Assembly: GCF_021378375.1 (NCBI RefSeq)
Contig: NZ_CP076228.1
Coordinates: forward strand, 960,001-992,000
Source: Wolbachia endosymbiont of Drosophila innubila
GTDB lineage: Bacteria > Pseudomonadota > Alphaproteobacteria > Rickettsiales > Anaplasmataceae
Direction: 5' to 3'
DNA length: 32,000 bases
Made by a program: the position numbers and the translations under genes. Under the pieces are notes generated by a model. That model saw nothing but the letters and a program-made list of their open reading frames with translations. It did not search any database and was not told the origin of the DNA. Positions 8,774 to 17,546 of the stretch are shown here, piece after piece (the stretch's first letter is position 1; each line of letters starts with the position of its first letter).

Positions 8774-10621
8774 ATGATGGATATACTGAAATTAATAGTA
8801 TTTTTGCCACTTTTTGGTTCGCTATTTGCAGCACTTTTTAGAAAAAGTCAGTTAGTTACAACGGCAGGGATTGGAATATCTGCAGTTTTATCTTGGTATG
8901 TTTTTCTCACCTTCTCTGAAAATTATCACTTGAGTTTATTTCCTTTGTTTTCATTGAGCATCTTAAAAGTAAATTGGGCAATTAGTGTGGATGCTCTCTC
9001 ATCCTTAATGCTTATTGTTATTACCACCGTTTCACTGGTAGTACATCTCTACTCTATCGGTTATATGGAGCATGATAAGGGGAAGTCGAGGTTTTTTTCT
9101 TACCTATCGCTATTTACGTTTTGCATGATTGTGCTGGTTGTAAGCGATAATTTCGTGCAGCTTTTTTTTGGCTGGGAAGGGGTTGGCCTATGTTCTTATT
9201 TACTCATAGGATTTTGGTTCCAAAAATATTCTGCAAATAATGCAGCAATTAAAGCATTTGTTGTGAATAGGGTAGGAGACTTTGCACTATTGATTGGAAT
9301 CTTTCTTATTTATTATACATTTCACTCTTTGAATTTTACTGAAGTTTTTGACACAACTGATCTTCTTGGCACGCAGAACATTAGGGCATTCTGCTGTGAA
9401 TTCAAAGTAACTCATATAATATGCATATTACTTTTTATTGGCTGTATGGGTAAATCTGCACAGCTTGGTTTACATGTTTGGTTGCCAGATGCAATGGAAG
9501 GGCCAACTCCTGTTTCTGCACTTATTCACGCAGCAACGATGGTAACAGCAGGTATATTTTTAGTAGCAAAGTGTTCTCCATTGTTTGAGTTATCAAATGT
9601 GGCACGAGAATTAATAGTTATCGTTGGAGCACTCACTGCTTTTTTTGCAGCCACCGTTGCAATTACTCAGAACGATATAAAGAAAATAATTGCTTATTCA
9701 ACCTGCAGTCAACTTGGTTATATGTTCATGGCATGTGGGCTTTCTGCTTACAATGTTGCTATTTTTCATTTAATGACACACGCTTTTTTTAAAGCTCTAC
9801 TATTTCTTGGTGCTGGCAATGCGATTCATGCAATGCATCATGAGCAAAACATTCAGAAAATGGGAAATTGCTGGAAGAAAATCCCTTGCACTTACGCTCT
9901 CATGTGGATTGGATCTCTTGCGCTTTCTGGGATATTCCCATTTGCAGGTTTTTATTCAAAGGATTTGATAATTGAACATGCTTATAGCACGGATAGCTTT
10001 GCTTTTGTAATAAGCTTAGTTGTTGCATTCTTCACAGCGTTTTACTCTTGGAGGTTATTGCTTCTTGTGTTCCACAGCCAAAAACAAAGTAAAATTAATA
10101 TACATGAGGCACCAAAGATTATGCTTATACCATTACTGATACTCGCTTTTGGATCAGTATTTTCTGGAATATGGGGAGCAAATATTTTGAACATAACTAG
10201 TAATGCGTTTTGGAAATCAAGTTTAGTGATGATTGATGAGCATGGAGTTCATAATTTCTTTATAAAACTACTGCCAACCTTAGCAAGCCTAAGTGGAATA
10301 GCACTTGCGTACCTAATTTACCAATATCAAGTAATTAGGCAAATTAAGAGTAAATTTTTACTTAAGTTTTTGCAGAATAAATGGTACTTTGATGAGGTGT
10401 ATGAGTTTGTTATAATTGCACCGATAAGGTTTATATCTAGGCTTCTATGGAAGTTTGATGTTAAGGCTATTGATTCATTTGGACCAAATGGTGTTGTAAG
10501 GTTGGTTAATGAATGTTCAAAAAGTTCTATAAAGTTACAAACTGGTTATATATTTGATTATGCATTTATTATGTTTGTTACTCTAATAATCGGTGCTTTA
10601 TATATTATTGGAATTAAATAG
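8774..10621 (+). CDS. nuoL: NADH-quinone oxidoreductase subunit L.
   Basis: Antiporter-like subunit motifs are present: FFGWEGVGLCSYLLIGFW, WLPDAMEGPTPVSALIHAATMVTAG and AYSTCSQLGYM. Confidence 0.92.
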   Translation: MMDILKLIVFLPLFGSLFAALFRKSQLVTTAGIGISAVLSWYVFLTFSENYHLSLFPLFSLSILKVNWAISVDALSSLMLIVITTVSLVVHLYSIGYMEHDKGKSRFFSYLSLFTFCMIVLVVSDNFVQLFFGWEGVGLCSYLLIGFWFQKYSANNAAIKAFVVNRVGDFALLIGIFLIYYTFHSLNFTEVFDTTDLLGTQNIRAFCCEFKVTHIICILLFIGCMGKSAQLGLHVWLPDAMEGPTPVSALIHAATMVTAGIFLVAKCSPLFELSNVARELIVIVGALTAFFAATVAITQNDIKKIIAYSTCSQLGYMFMACGLSAYNVAIFHLMTHAFFKALLFLGAGNAIHAMHHEQNIQKMGNCWKKIPCTYALMWIGSLALSGIFPFAGFYSKDLIIEHAYSTDSFAFVISLVVAFFTAFYSWRLLLLVFHSQKQSKINIHEAPKIMLIPLLILAFGSVFSGIWGANILNITSNAFWKSSLVMIDEHGVHNFFIKLLPTLASLSGIALAYLIYQYQVIRQIKSKFLLKFLQNKWYFDEVYEFVIIAPIRFISRLLWKFDVKAIDSFGPNGVVRLVNECSKSSIKLQTGYIFDYAFIMFVTLIIGALYIIGIK

Positions 10622-10624
10622 AAG

Positions 10625-12067
10625 GTGTTGTTACTTAGTATATTCTTGCTTCCACTGATAGGAGCGTTGATTTTATCCTTAATCAGGATTAATCATCAAT
10701 CTATACACTTAAGATTCCTTGCTCTATTTTTTGCTGTACTTCCATTTTTGCTTAGCATTGTAGCTTGTATAGAATTTGATTATAACAATGCGGACTTTCA
10801 GTTTGTCAGCTACCCAATTAGAAATGTTGGAATAGGGATAGATGGTATATCGTTGCTTTTCCTTCTGCTTACAACTTTCTTGTTTGTAATTTGTATACTC
10901 TACAACTGCAAAATGAGTTATACGACCCTAAAAGCCTATATGGCATTGTTTCTACTGCTTGAGAGTTTTGTAGTCGGTTTTTTCGTTTCACTGAATGCTA
11001 TAAGCTTTTATGTGTTTTTTGAAGCTGTTTTAATACCAATGTTCTTTATTATTGGCATCTGGGGAGGAAAACACAGGGTATATGCAACGTTTAAGTTGTT
11101 TCTTTATACATTAACTGGCTCATTATTATTTCTACTTGGATTGGTTTACATCTATAACATTTTTGGAACGTTTAATATACAAAAATTAGCTACATTAGTG
11201 CCAAGCCTTGATCTTGAAGTGCAGTCATTGCTGTGGATTGCATTTTTTATTTCTTTTGCAATAAAAGTACCGATGTTTCCATTTCACACTTGGCTTCCTG
11301 ATGCACATGTGCAATCACCAACTTCTGGATCTGTGATTTTAGCTGGCTTGCTTATTAAAATGGGGGGATATGGATTTTTAAGGTTTTCTATTCCAATGCT
11401 TCCTCAGGCAAGTTTGTATTTTTCAAATTTCGTTGTTGTGCTGAGCATTATTGCGGTGATATATGCTTCTCTAGTTGCGTTTGCTCAAGATGATATAAAG
11501 AAGTTAATAGCTTATTCTTCAATAGCACATATGGGGATCGTTACTGCTGGCCTCTTTTCATTTTGTGAGGAAGGAGTACTGGGTAGCATATTTCAAATGA
11601 TTAGTCATGGCCTTATTTCTGCTGCTTTATTTTTATGTGTTGGAATGCTATATACTCGAACTGGAACTTTGGAGATTGCAAAATATTTTGGCATAGTAAA
11701 CACAATGCCAAAATTTGGTTTTATGTTCATTTTATTTTCAATGGCTTCAATAGGGCTACCTGGAACATCTGGGTTCGCAGGTGAGTTTTTGGCTATGGTT
11801 GGAATGTTTAAGAGCATAGGGTTTTTTACAGGATTTATCGCACTTGGCACTATTTTAAGCGCAGTTTATATGCTGAATTTATGTAAGCAAATAATATGGG
11901 GGGTTAGCTATTCTAAATTATTAAATAACCGTTTGGATAGCATAGAATTTTCTGTCTTAATTCTGCTTGCAGTGTTTGTTATTTTGCTTGGATTTTACCC
12001 AACCCTTGCACTGAATTATTTGAAGCCATGTATGGCAAATTTGTTAGTCAAATATAATGCGCTATGA
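10625..12067 (+). CDS. nuoM: NADH-quinone oxidoreductase subunit M (GTG start).
   Basis: FHTWLPDAHVQSPTSGSVILAG and AYSSIAHMG are present, and the gene sits between nuoL and nuoN. Confidence 0.9.
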   Translation: MLLLSIFLLPLIGALILSLIRINHQSIHLRFLALFFAVLPFLLSIVACIEFDYNNADFQFVSYPIRNVGIGIDGISLLFLLLTTFLFVICILYNCKMSYTTLKAYMALFLLLESFVVGFFVSLNAISFYVFFEAVLIPMFFIIGIWGGKHRVYATFKLFLYTLTGSLLFLLGLVYIYNIFGTFNIQKLATLVPSLDLEVQSLLWIAFFISFAIKVPMFPFHTWLPDAHVQSPTSGSVILAGLLIKMGGYGFLRFSIPMLPQASLYFSNFVVVLSIIAVIYASLVAFAQDDIKKLIAYSSIAHMGIVTAGLFSFCEEGVLGSIFQMISHGLISAALFLCVGMLYTRTGTLEIAKYFGIVNTMPKFGFMFILFSMASIGLPGTSGFAGEFLAMVGMFKSIGFFTGFIALGTILSAVYMLNLCKQIIWGVSYSKLLNNRLDSIEFSVLILLAVFVILLGFYPTLALNYLKPCMANLLVKYNAL

Positions 12068-13428
12068 ATTATATACAGATATTGCCGGAAACGTTCTCTA
12101 TTATCTCCTCGTTAGTGTTGCTGCTGCTTGGGATTATATTTAACCGCAGAACTATCAACTTATTAGCACTTGGCTGCACAGTGGTAACTTTGATTATTTT
12201 AATTCTTTCGGCAGAAAACAATGAAATTTTTCTCTTTAATTCGTTGTTAAAACTCAATTTATACATCAGGTCAGCCCAAGGGTTAATTCTCAGCACAGGA
12301 ATTTTAATACTTTTGATGCTGAATTTATCAAAATATGACTATAAGTATGAATTTTCAATGCTGATTCTTTTTGCGCTATTTGGCATGATAACTTTGGTTT
12401 CAGCAAATAGTCTGATTTCTTTTTATTTAGCTTTTGAGTTGATGAGTATATCTTTGTATGTTCTTGCGAGCTTTAATAAAGATTCGATTTATTCATGTGA
12501 AGCAGGAGTGAAATATTTTACACTCAGTGCATTATCTTCCTGCATTATGCTATATGGAATGTCGCTGCTTTATGGATATACAGGACAAGTCAATTTCTCT
12601 GAGCTCGGTTCATTCTTGCAAAACCATCAGATAACTTATGGAATAGTTTTTGGGTTAGTCTTTGTCCTAATTGGTTTGTGTTTCAAGCTTGCTATTGCTC
12701 CTTTTCATATGTGGGCTCCAGATGTCTATCAAGGTGCACCTACCATAGTAACTGCGTTTTTTTCTACGGCCCCAAAAGCTGCACTTGTAACATTTTTAAT
12801 TCGATTGATGAATGAAGAGTTAGTAAATGTAAAAAGTTATGTTCAGCCTATTTTCTTATACGTTTCAGCATTGTCTGTTCTTATCTCAGCTTTTGGGGCC
12901 TTACGTCAGCAAAACTTAAAAAGGCTGCTTGCTTACAGTTCAATTGGTCACATTGGTTTTATATTTGCTTCACTTTCTATTTTTACACAAGCAGGAACAG
13001 ATAGTGCCTTAATGTATCTGGTGATATATATCATCACAAGCATAGGGCTATTCTCATATCTTGTACAAATTGACGATGAAGATTGTGATATTGCAAATTT
13101 ATCTGGTATAGGGAAGAAACGCCCAATTGTAGCATTTCATCTTTCTGTACTGTTACTCTCGATGTCGGGAATACCTCCACTTGCAGGTTTTATCGCTAAA
13201 TTTTTTATATTCAAAAGTTTAATAAATTCTGGCTTTATCAGCCTGTCTTTGACCCTTGTGGTGGCGAGTGTTGTATCGTGTTACTATTATCTAAATATTA
13301 TAAAAGCTATGTATTTCGATAAAGCTAGTGGTAATAAGGTTGCTTATTCTAAGGGCCTATTCATTATCACTTCGGTGGCTTCGCTGATCAACCTCGTTCT
13401 TTTCTTGTACGTTTTACTCACTCATTGA
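12064..13428 (+). CDS. nuoN: NADH-quinone oxidoreductase subunit N.
   Basis: FHMWAPDVYQGAPT and LAYSSIGHIG are present, and there is a 4-nt ATGA overlap with nuoM. Confidence 0.9.
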   Translation: MNYIQILPETFSIISSLVLLLLGIIFNRRTINLLALGCTVVTLIILILSAENNEIFLFNSLLKLNLYIRSAQGLILSTGILILLMLNLSKYDYKYEFSMLILFALFGMITLVSANSLISFYLAFELMSISLYVLASFNKDSIYSCEAGVKYFTLSALSSCIMLYGMSLLYGYTGQVNFSELGSFLQNHQITYGIVFGLVFVLIGLCFKLAIAPFHMWAPDVYQGAPTIVTAFFSTAPKAALVTFLIRLMNEELVNVKSYVQPIFLYVSALSVLISAFGALRQQNLKRLLAYSSIGHIGFIFASLSIFTQAGTDSALMYLVIYIITSIGLFSYLVQIDDEDCDIANLSGIGKKRPIVAFHLSVLLLSMSGIPPLAGFIAKFFIFKSLINSGFISLSLTLVVASVVSCYYYLNIIKAMYFDKASGNKVAYSKGLFIITSVASLINLVLFLYVLLTH

Positions 13429-13445
13429 ACTAAAGGGCTGACAAG

Positions 13446-14489
13446 GTGACCCCTGAGGGTTTTCATATTCATCATTACAAAAAAGTTTCAAGCACTAATA
13501 AAGAAGCGTTGGATTTAATTGATAAAGGAATATCAAATGAAACTATTATTGTTGCTGATAAACAAACAGAAGGCAGGGGGCGCACCGGAAAAAACTGGAT
13601 TTCTCCAGAGGGTAATTTTTATGCAAGTTTGGTAATAAACCTTTTTAACGATTATCTGAATGAAAGCCAGCTTTCGGTGTCATTCCAGCGCGTGACGCTG
13701 GAATCTAGAAATCAAGAAGAATGGTCAAGCACACAACTGTACAAACGTTGTGGTATTCCCACCAAGGATGATGTCATCCGAGTAGCCTGGCACTGGGATC
13801 CAGAAAACTTAATTACAAATGGGCACATCAGGCAACTGTGTAATAAGAACTGGATTCCAGTGTCACGCACTGGAATGACACCACATACCACCTGCAAATT
13901 GCAATGTTCGCATAGTTATGTGTCAAGCACTGGGGAAAATACTGGGATGATAGAAAGAGGTTTAATGAATCAAGTTAGCAAATTAACAGAATTGACTTTT
14001 GTTACTGCTCTTGCTGTTGGAAATGCTATACTGTCATTTATAAATGGTCTAAATCTCCAGTATAAATGGCCAAATGACATTCTAATCGATGGCAAGAAAA
14101 TAAGTGGAATATTGCTTGAAAAAAGATCCAATTCGAATTGGCTCATTATAGGAATTGGAATTAATGTCAGTCATGCACCACTTCCAGGAACAACGTGCAT
14201 TAGCAATTACGGTGAGTCTGTGTCTAACATAGATCTGTTAAAGAAATTAATAATAAATTTTAATAAGCTAAGAAAGCAATGGCTACTTGATGGGTTTTAT
14301 GCTATAAGAGAAATGTGGTTAAAAAAAGCATTCAAAATGAATGAGCAAATCAGTGTAAAGTTAGCTGACAAATTGTATGAAGGAATTTTTGCTGATATAG
14401 ATAAAAGTGGTAAATTGGTGTTGCAGCAAAAGGATGGAAGCTTAATTTATTTTGATGTAGGTGAGTTATTTATTGATAATGCATTATGA
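13446..14489 (+). CDS. birA: Biotin-[acetyl-CoA-carboxylase] ligase (group I BirA, no HTH domain) carrying a ~100-codon in-frame repeat insertion. GTG start.
   Basis: The biotin-binding signature QTEGRGRTGKNWISPEGNFYAS is present, followed by KWPNDILIDGKKISGILLE and the C-terminal domain. The segment SVSFQRV...GMIERG between them is encoded by hairpin repeats. Confidence 0.85.
   Translation: MTPEGFHIHHYKKVSSTNKEALDLIDKGISNETIIVADKQTEGRGRTGKNWISPEGNFYASLVINLFNDYLNESQLSVSFQRVTLESRNQEEWSSTQLYKRCGIPTKDDVIRVAWHWDPENLITNGHIRQLCNKNWIPVSRTGMTPHTTCKLQCSHSYVSSTGENTGMIERGLMNQVSKLTELTFVTALAVGNAILSFINGLNLQYKWPNDILIDGKKISGILLEKRSNSNWLIIGIGINVSHAPLPGTTCISNYGESVSNIDLLKKLIINFNKLRKQWLLDGFYAIREMWLKKAFKMNEQISVKLADKLYEGIFADIDKSGKLVLQQKDGSLIYFDVGELFIDNAL
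13670..13965. repeat. Composite palindromic repeat of the same family as 2431..2700, in opposite orientation, lying inside the birA reading frame.
   Basis: Hairpins lie at 13675..13704 (ggtgtcattCCAGCGcgtgaCGCTGGaatc) and 13853..13882 (gattCCAGTGtcacgCACTGGaatgacacc). Outer arms are ctgtacaaacgttg (~13737) and aatgttcgcatagttatg (~13903). The encoded peptide VIRVAWHWDPENLI...NWIPVSRTGMTP...QCSHSY is collinear with the minus-strand ORF 2444..2650 (VIPVPRHWDPEDLI...GWIPVPSTGMTP...QCSYSY). Confidence 0.8.
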
Positions 14490-14623
14490 ATACATATGTA
14501 ATTTTTGCTTACCTTATTAGTTTCACGCTGATTGCTGGAGAGCTAATTTTTACCATTTCTTGTTATACTAAAAGTAAAAAAATTCTAGAAAGCCTGAAAG
14601 ATAATCATGAAGAAGAAACATAA
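14486..14623 (+). CDS. ccmD: Small membrane protein, probably heme exporter protein CcmD (45 aa). It is absent from the ORF track.
   Basis: The ORF is ATG..TAA and encodes [45 protein letters not shown], i.e. one TM helix followed by a charged tail. It overlaps the birA stop (ATGA) and the ccmE start by 17 nt. Its position directly upstream of ccmE matches ccm operon order. Confidence 0.55.
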   Translation: MNTYVIFAYLISFTLIAGELIFTISCYTKSKKILESLKDNHEEET

Positions 14624-14999
14624 GCGATTACTTATAACTTCAGGAATTTTCTGCTTTTTAAGTTGTGCAGTTTTTTTTATTTTAACAACGCTCAAAGAAA
14701 ATATCTCATTTTTCTATACAGTAAGTGAGGCAATAGTTTTACCAAATGGTCAAAAACTAATCCGTGTTGGTGGAATGGTTGTTGAAAATAGCGTGATACG
14801 CAACGAAAGTGAAGTGATTTTTCAAATGACAGATTTTAATAAGAGCGTTATGGTGAAATATCAGGGAATACTTCCACCAATGTTTTCAGAAAAAAGTGGT
14901 GTTGTTGTGCAAGGTAAAATGTTTGATAATAGTACTTTTCTTGCAGATACAGTGTTTGCAAAACATGATGAGAACTATATGCCGAAAGTTTTAAAATAG
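14607..14999 (+). CDS. ccmE: Cytochrome c-type biogenesis heme chaperone CcmE.
   Basis: There is an N-terminal membrane anchor, an OB-fold-like body and the heme-binding motif AKHDENYMP near the C-terminus. Confidence 0.9.
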   Translation: MKKKHKRLLITSGIFCFLSCAVFFILTTLKENISFFYTVSEAIVLPNGQKLIRVGGMVVENSVIRNESEVIFQMTDFNKSVMVKYQGILPPMFSEKSGVVVQGKMFDNSTFLADTVFAKHDENYMPKVLK

Positions 15000-15071
15000 A
15001 TTCCTTAACCTGGCTGTATTGAAACGGTATGTAGAGAGAGTCACAGCCTAGAGACTATTACTCTTTCCAGT

Positions 15072-15446
15072 TTAACCCCAATCTGGTTCATTAATGGTAT
15101 TGTTTTCTAATTCCTCTACTTTTGTCTGTAAGTTATTCAGGCTCTGTACTAAACCACTATTTTCATTACCAACCTTTGTAATTAGCTCGTCAAGCTTACT
15201 CCTTTCTTCTGTTAGCATGTCATTTAATTGACTGATAGAGTTGCTATTGTTATGCAATACATCATCCAATTCAGGAACGAATTTCGTGTTCAGCTCTGCG
15301 ATTAATTTATCTAAAGCTTTGTGGACATAACCAAGCTGCGCTGGATTTCGCGCAACTGTTTCATCATAACCTTTAGGTTTGGTGTTAACTTCTATTTTGC
15401 TTATTACTTTAAGTTCGTTTTTGCTTTCTTGTTTACTATTATTCAT
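15072..15446 (-). CDS. Orphan coiled-coil-like protein (124 aa), paralogue of the 161-aa neighbour.
   Basis: LGYVHKALDKLIAELN followed by an N/S/L/E-rich helical segment is collinear with ITYLKKVYDGLIDSIN... in 15544..16029. The two genes share homologous 3' flanks and the same RBS context. Confidence 0.6.
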   Translation of the reverse strand: MNNSKQESKNELKVISKIEVNTKPKGYDETVARNPAQLGYVHKALDKLIAELNTKFVPELDDVLHNNSNSISQLNDMLTEERSKLDELITKVGNENSGLVQSLNNLQTKVEELENNTINEPDWG

Positions 15447-15543
15447 GCTAACTCCTATAAAAAATTATAATTTTAAAATCAATTCAGCTACATTGAAGTG
15501 GTATGTGGAAAGAGTAACAGCTAGCAAGCTATTACCTTTTTTA

Positions 15544-16029
15544 TTAAAGCAACCCGTTCTCTTCGCCAGTAGCATGAGGGAATATGGAAGCTTCTGCAAT
15601 GCCTGGCTGATCATCACGAAATTCCTGAAGCTCATCTCGAAGAGTTTGAAGTTGACTTTTTATTTCAGTTGTATTGTTCCCTATATTTGATATAGTTGTT
15701 GACAGTGGCTCCACTATGCCAGTTGTAATGTTACTGCTTAAACTTGTGTTATACTCATTAATACTGTCTATCAAGCCATCATAAACCTTTTTAAGGTATG
15801 TTATAGCTGCGGCTGTTTGCTTCATTTCCGCTATAGGTATTTTTTCCAGTGGCTGATTTATATCAAAATCTAACTCCTTAGCACCTTTTTCTTTATTCTG
15901 AATTTTTACTGAATCTATACTTGGTTTTACAAAATCTGGTTTTGTAAAAACCGGGCTCTCAAGTTTTAGTAATTTACTTTGGTCTGAAGGCTCGTCACCA
16001 AAATATAATTCTACATTGTTTTTACTCAT
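15544..16029 (-). CDS. Orphan coiled-coil-like protein (161 aa) with a C-terminal DDQPGIAEA motif.
   Basis: The upstream sequence on the minus strand is TATAGGAGGTAACTTATTATG, with an AGGAGG Shine-Dalgarno. It is a paralogue of 15072..15446. It shares the PGIAEA motif with the upstream 491-aa protein, encoded by an identical 17-nt string. Confidence 0.65.
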   Translation of the reverse strand: MSKNNVELYFGDEPSDQSKLLKLESPVFTKPDFVKPSIDSVKIQNKEKGAKELDFDINQPLEKIPIAEMKQTAAAITYLKKVYDGLIDSINEYNTSLSSNITTGIVEPLSTTISNIGNNTTEIKSQLQTLRDELQEFRDDQPGIAEASIFPHATGEENGLL

Positions 16030-16070
16030 AATAAGTTACCTCCTATAAAAAAATTGATTTTCATAAATTG

Positions 16071-17546
16071 CTACCATACAAGTAGCATTGAATCGTTATT
16101 GTTTTCTACTATTGTAAAATCTGGAGCTTCTGCAATGCCTGGCATATCGTCCTTGATTTGCTTGAGCATCTCAATCATTTCCTTGTTCTGTTTACTCTGC
16201 TCGTCAAGTTTCCCTTTTAATGCATCAATAATAGCTTTAGACTGATCTTGATTGCTGAGATCACCGATCACAGCTGTCACTTTCTCATAAGGCAGTTTGT
16301 GAATGATGTCTTTAAGCTCTTCTGCGCCTACGTTATCCAAAAGTTCTTTAAACTGCTCATTAGACATATTGCGAGCAAAAGCTTGAAGTTTGTCTGGGTT
16401 GTCAACTAAAGACTTAATGATAATCTGAATCTTATTAGAATCAGTTAAATCCTGAGCAATTGCTTCGAGTTTCTCAGGATCAAGCTTATTAACTAAGTCT
16501 TTCAGTTGTTCTTCTTGCAGACTATTTACTAAAGCTTTCAACTGATCACCTTCTAATTCTTTGGAGAGTATTGTCAAGTGGTGCTCAGCCAAGTCTTTTG
16601 CAAGCACTGTAAATTGCTCGTCATTTAAAGTTTTAATAAGTGCTTTGAACTGATCCACTTTTAAGTGAGGTAAAATTTCTTTTACTTGCTCTGAATTTAA
16701 TTTTCTCACTAGAGCTTCAAGCTGAGTATCATTTAAAATAGGAACAATTATTTGTAACTTTTCTGGATTTAGTTCCTGAGCGAGGGTTTTTAGCTGGTGA
16801 TTGGTTAGATGATCCACTAAAGCTTGGAGTTGTTCATCTGTTAAGTTCTCTGCTAAGGCCTGCAACTGGCTTGAGCTCAGTTCAGGAATTATTTTTTGCA
16901 GTTGCTCGTTACTAAGAGTATTGGCAAGAGTTTTTAGTTGGCCGTCTGTTAGGCCCTGAATAAAAACTTTAGTAAACGCGTTTGATAGCAACAGTAGCAC
17001 ATCTCTTATATGTCTCTCACCGTAGTATAACATAATGTCTTGTAATACCTCATTGTCAGGTGAATCGATTATATTTCCTGCCTCGTCTGAAAAATAATAT
17101 TTATTGTTGCCAGTATCTGAATCTTCCCATGTTACATATTTGTATTCCAATTTTTTTGATTTAATAGAACTGCTACACATAGTTTTGAAAGGCTGCACAA
17201 GCTCTCTTGTATATGATAACTTAGCCAACTCATTACCGTAATATACAAATGTATGGTTACTTTTTACATAATCTAAGTTAGAATCACTTTTATAATCTTT
17301 GGCTACCAGATTTCCTTCATTTTCTTCCTCCAGACATATGTAACTGTCTAGGCAAGAACTGCTGCAAAGTTTTATAGGCAATAAGCCTAGTACTACATCG
17401 TTTTTATCATCCAGCGATACAAGCTCAACTTTTTTAATAGGCATTGTAGGATCATTACCTTCAGGCCACTTTATCCTTGTAGTCGGGGTTTTTCTAAACA
17501 CCTCTTTTCCAGGTATCATCTTAAAAACATGCTTTTTTCCACTCAT
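16071..17546 (-). CDS. Orphan protein (~491 aa). It has an unknown N-terminal ~200-aa domain, about 20 tandem 12-residue helical repeats (LxxEQLxxLxxx) and a C-terminal DDMPGIAEA motif.
   Basis: This is a long uninterrupted ORF. The start is placed at the first ATG (MSGKKHVF, 17546); the ORF-track start at 17558 is a TTG. Repeat periodicity is visible in the protein from LTDGQLKTLANT to LSNQDQSKAIIDA. Confidence 0.75.
   Translation of the reverse strand: MSGKKHVFKMIPGKEVFRKTPTTRIKWPEGNDPTMPIKKVELVSLDDKNDVVLGLLPIKLCSSSCLDSYICLEEENEGNLVAKDYKSDSNLDYVKSNHTFVYYGNELAKLSYTRELVQPFKTMCSSSIKSKKLEYKYVTWEDSDTGNNKYYFSDEAGNIIDSPDNEVLQDIMLYYGERHIRDVLLLLSNAFTKVFIQGLTDGQLKTLANTLSNEQLQKIIPELSSSQLQALAENLTDEQLQALVDHLTNHQLKTLAQELNPEKLQIIVPILNDTQLEALVRKLNSEQVKEILPHLKVDQFKALIKTLNDEQFTVLAKDLAEHHLTILSKELEGDQLKALVNSLQEEQLKDLVNKLDPEKLEAIAQDLTDSNKIQIIIKSLVDNPDKLQAFARNMSNEQFKELLDNVGAEELKDIIHKLPYEKVTAVIGDLSNQDQSKAIIDALKGKLDEQSKQNKEMIEMLKQIKDDMPGIAEAPDFTIVENNNDSMLLVW

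Noticed and set aside
15379-16245. Plus-strand ORFs 15379..15690 and 16054..16245.
   Set aside because: They lie antisense to, and overlap, the minus-strand orphan genes. The minus-strand genes have paralogy, RBS context and greater length in their favour.
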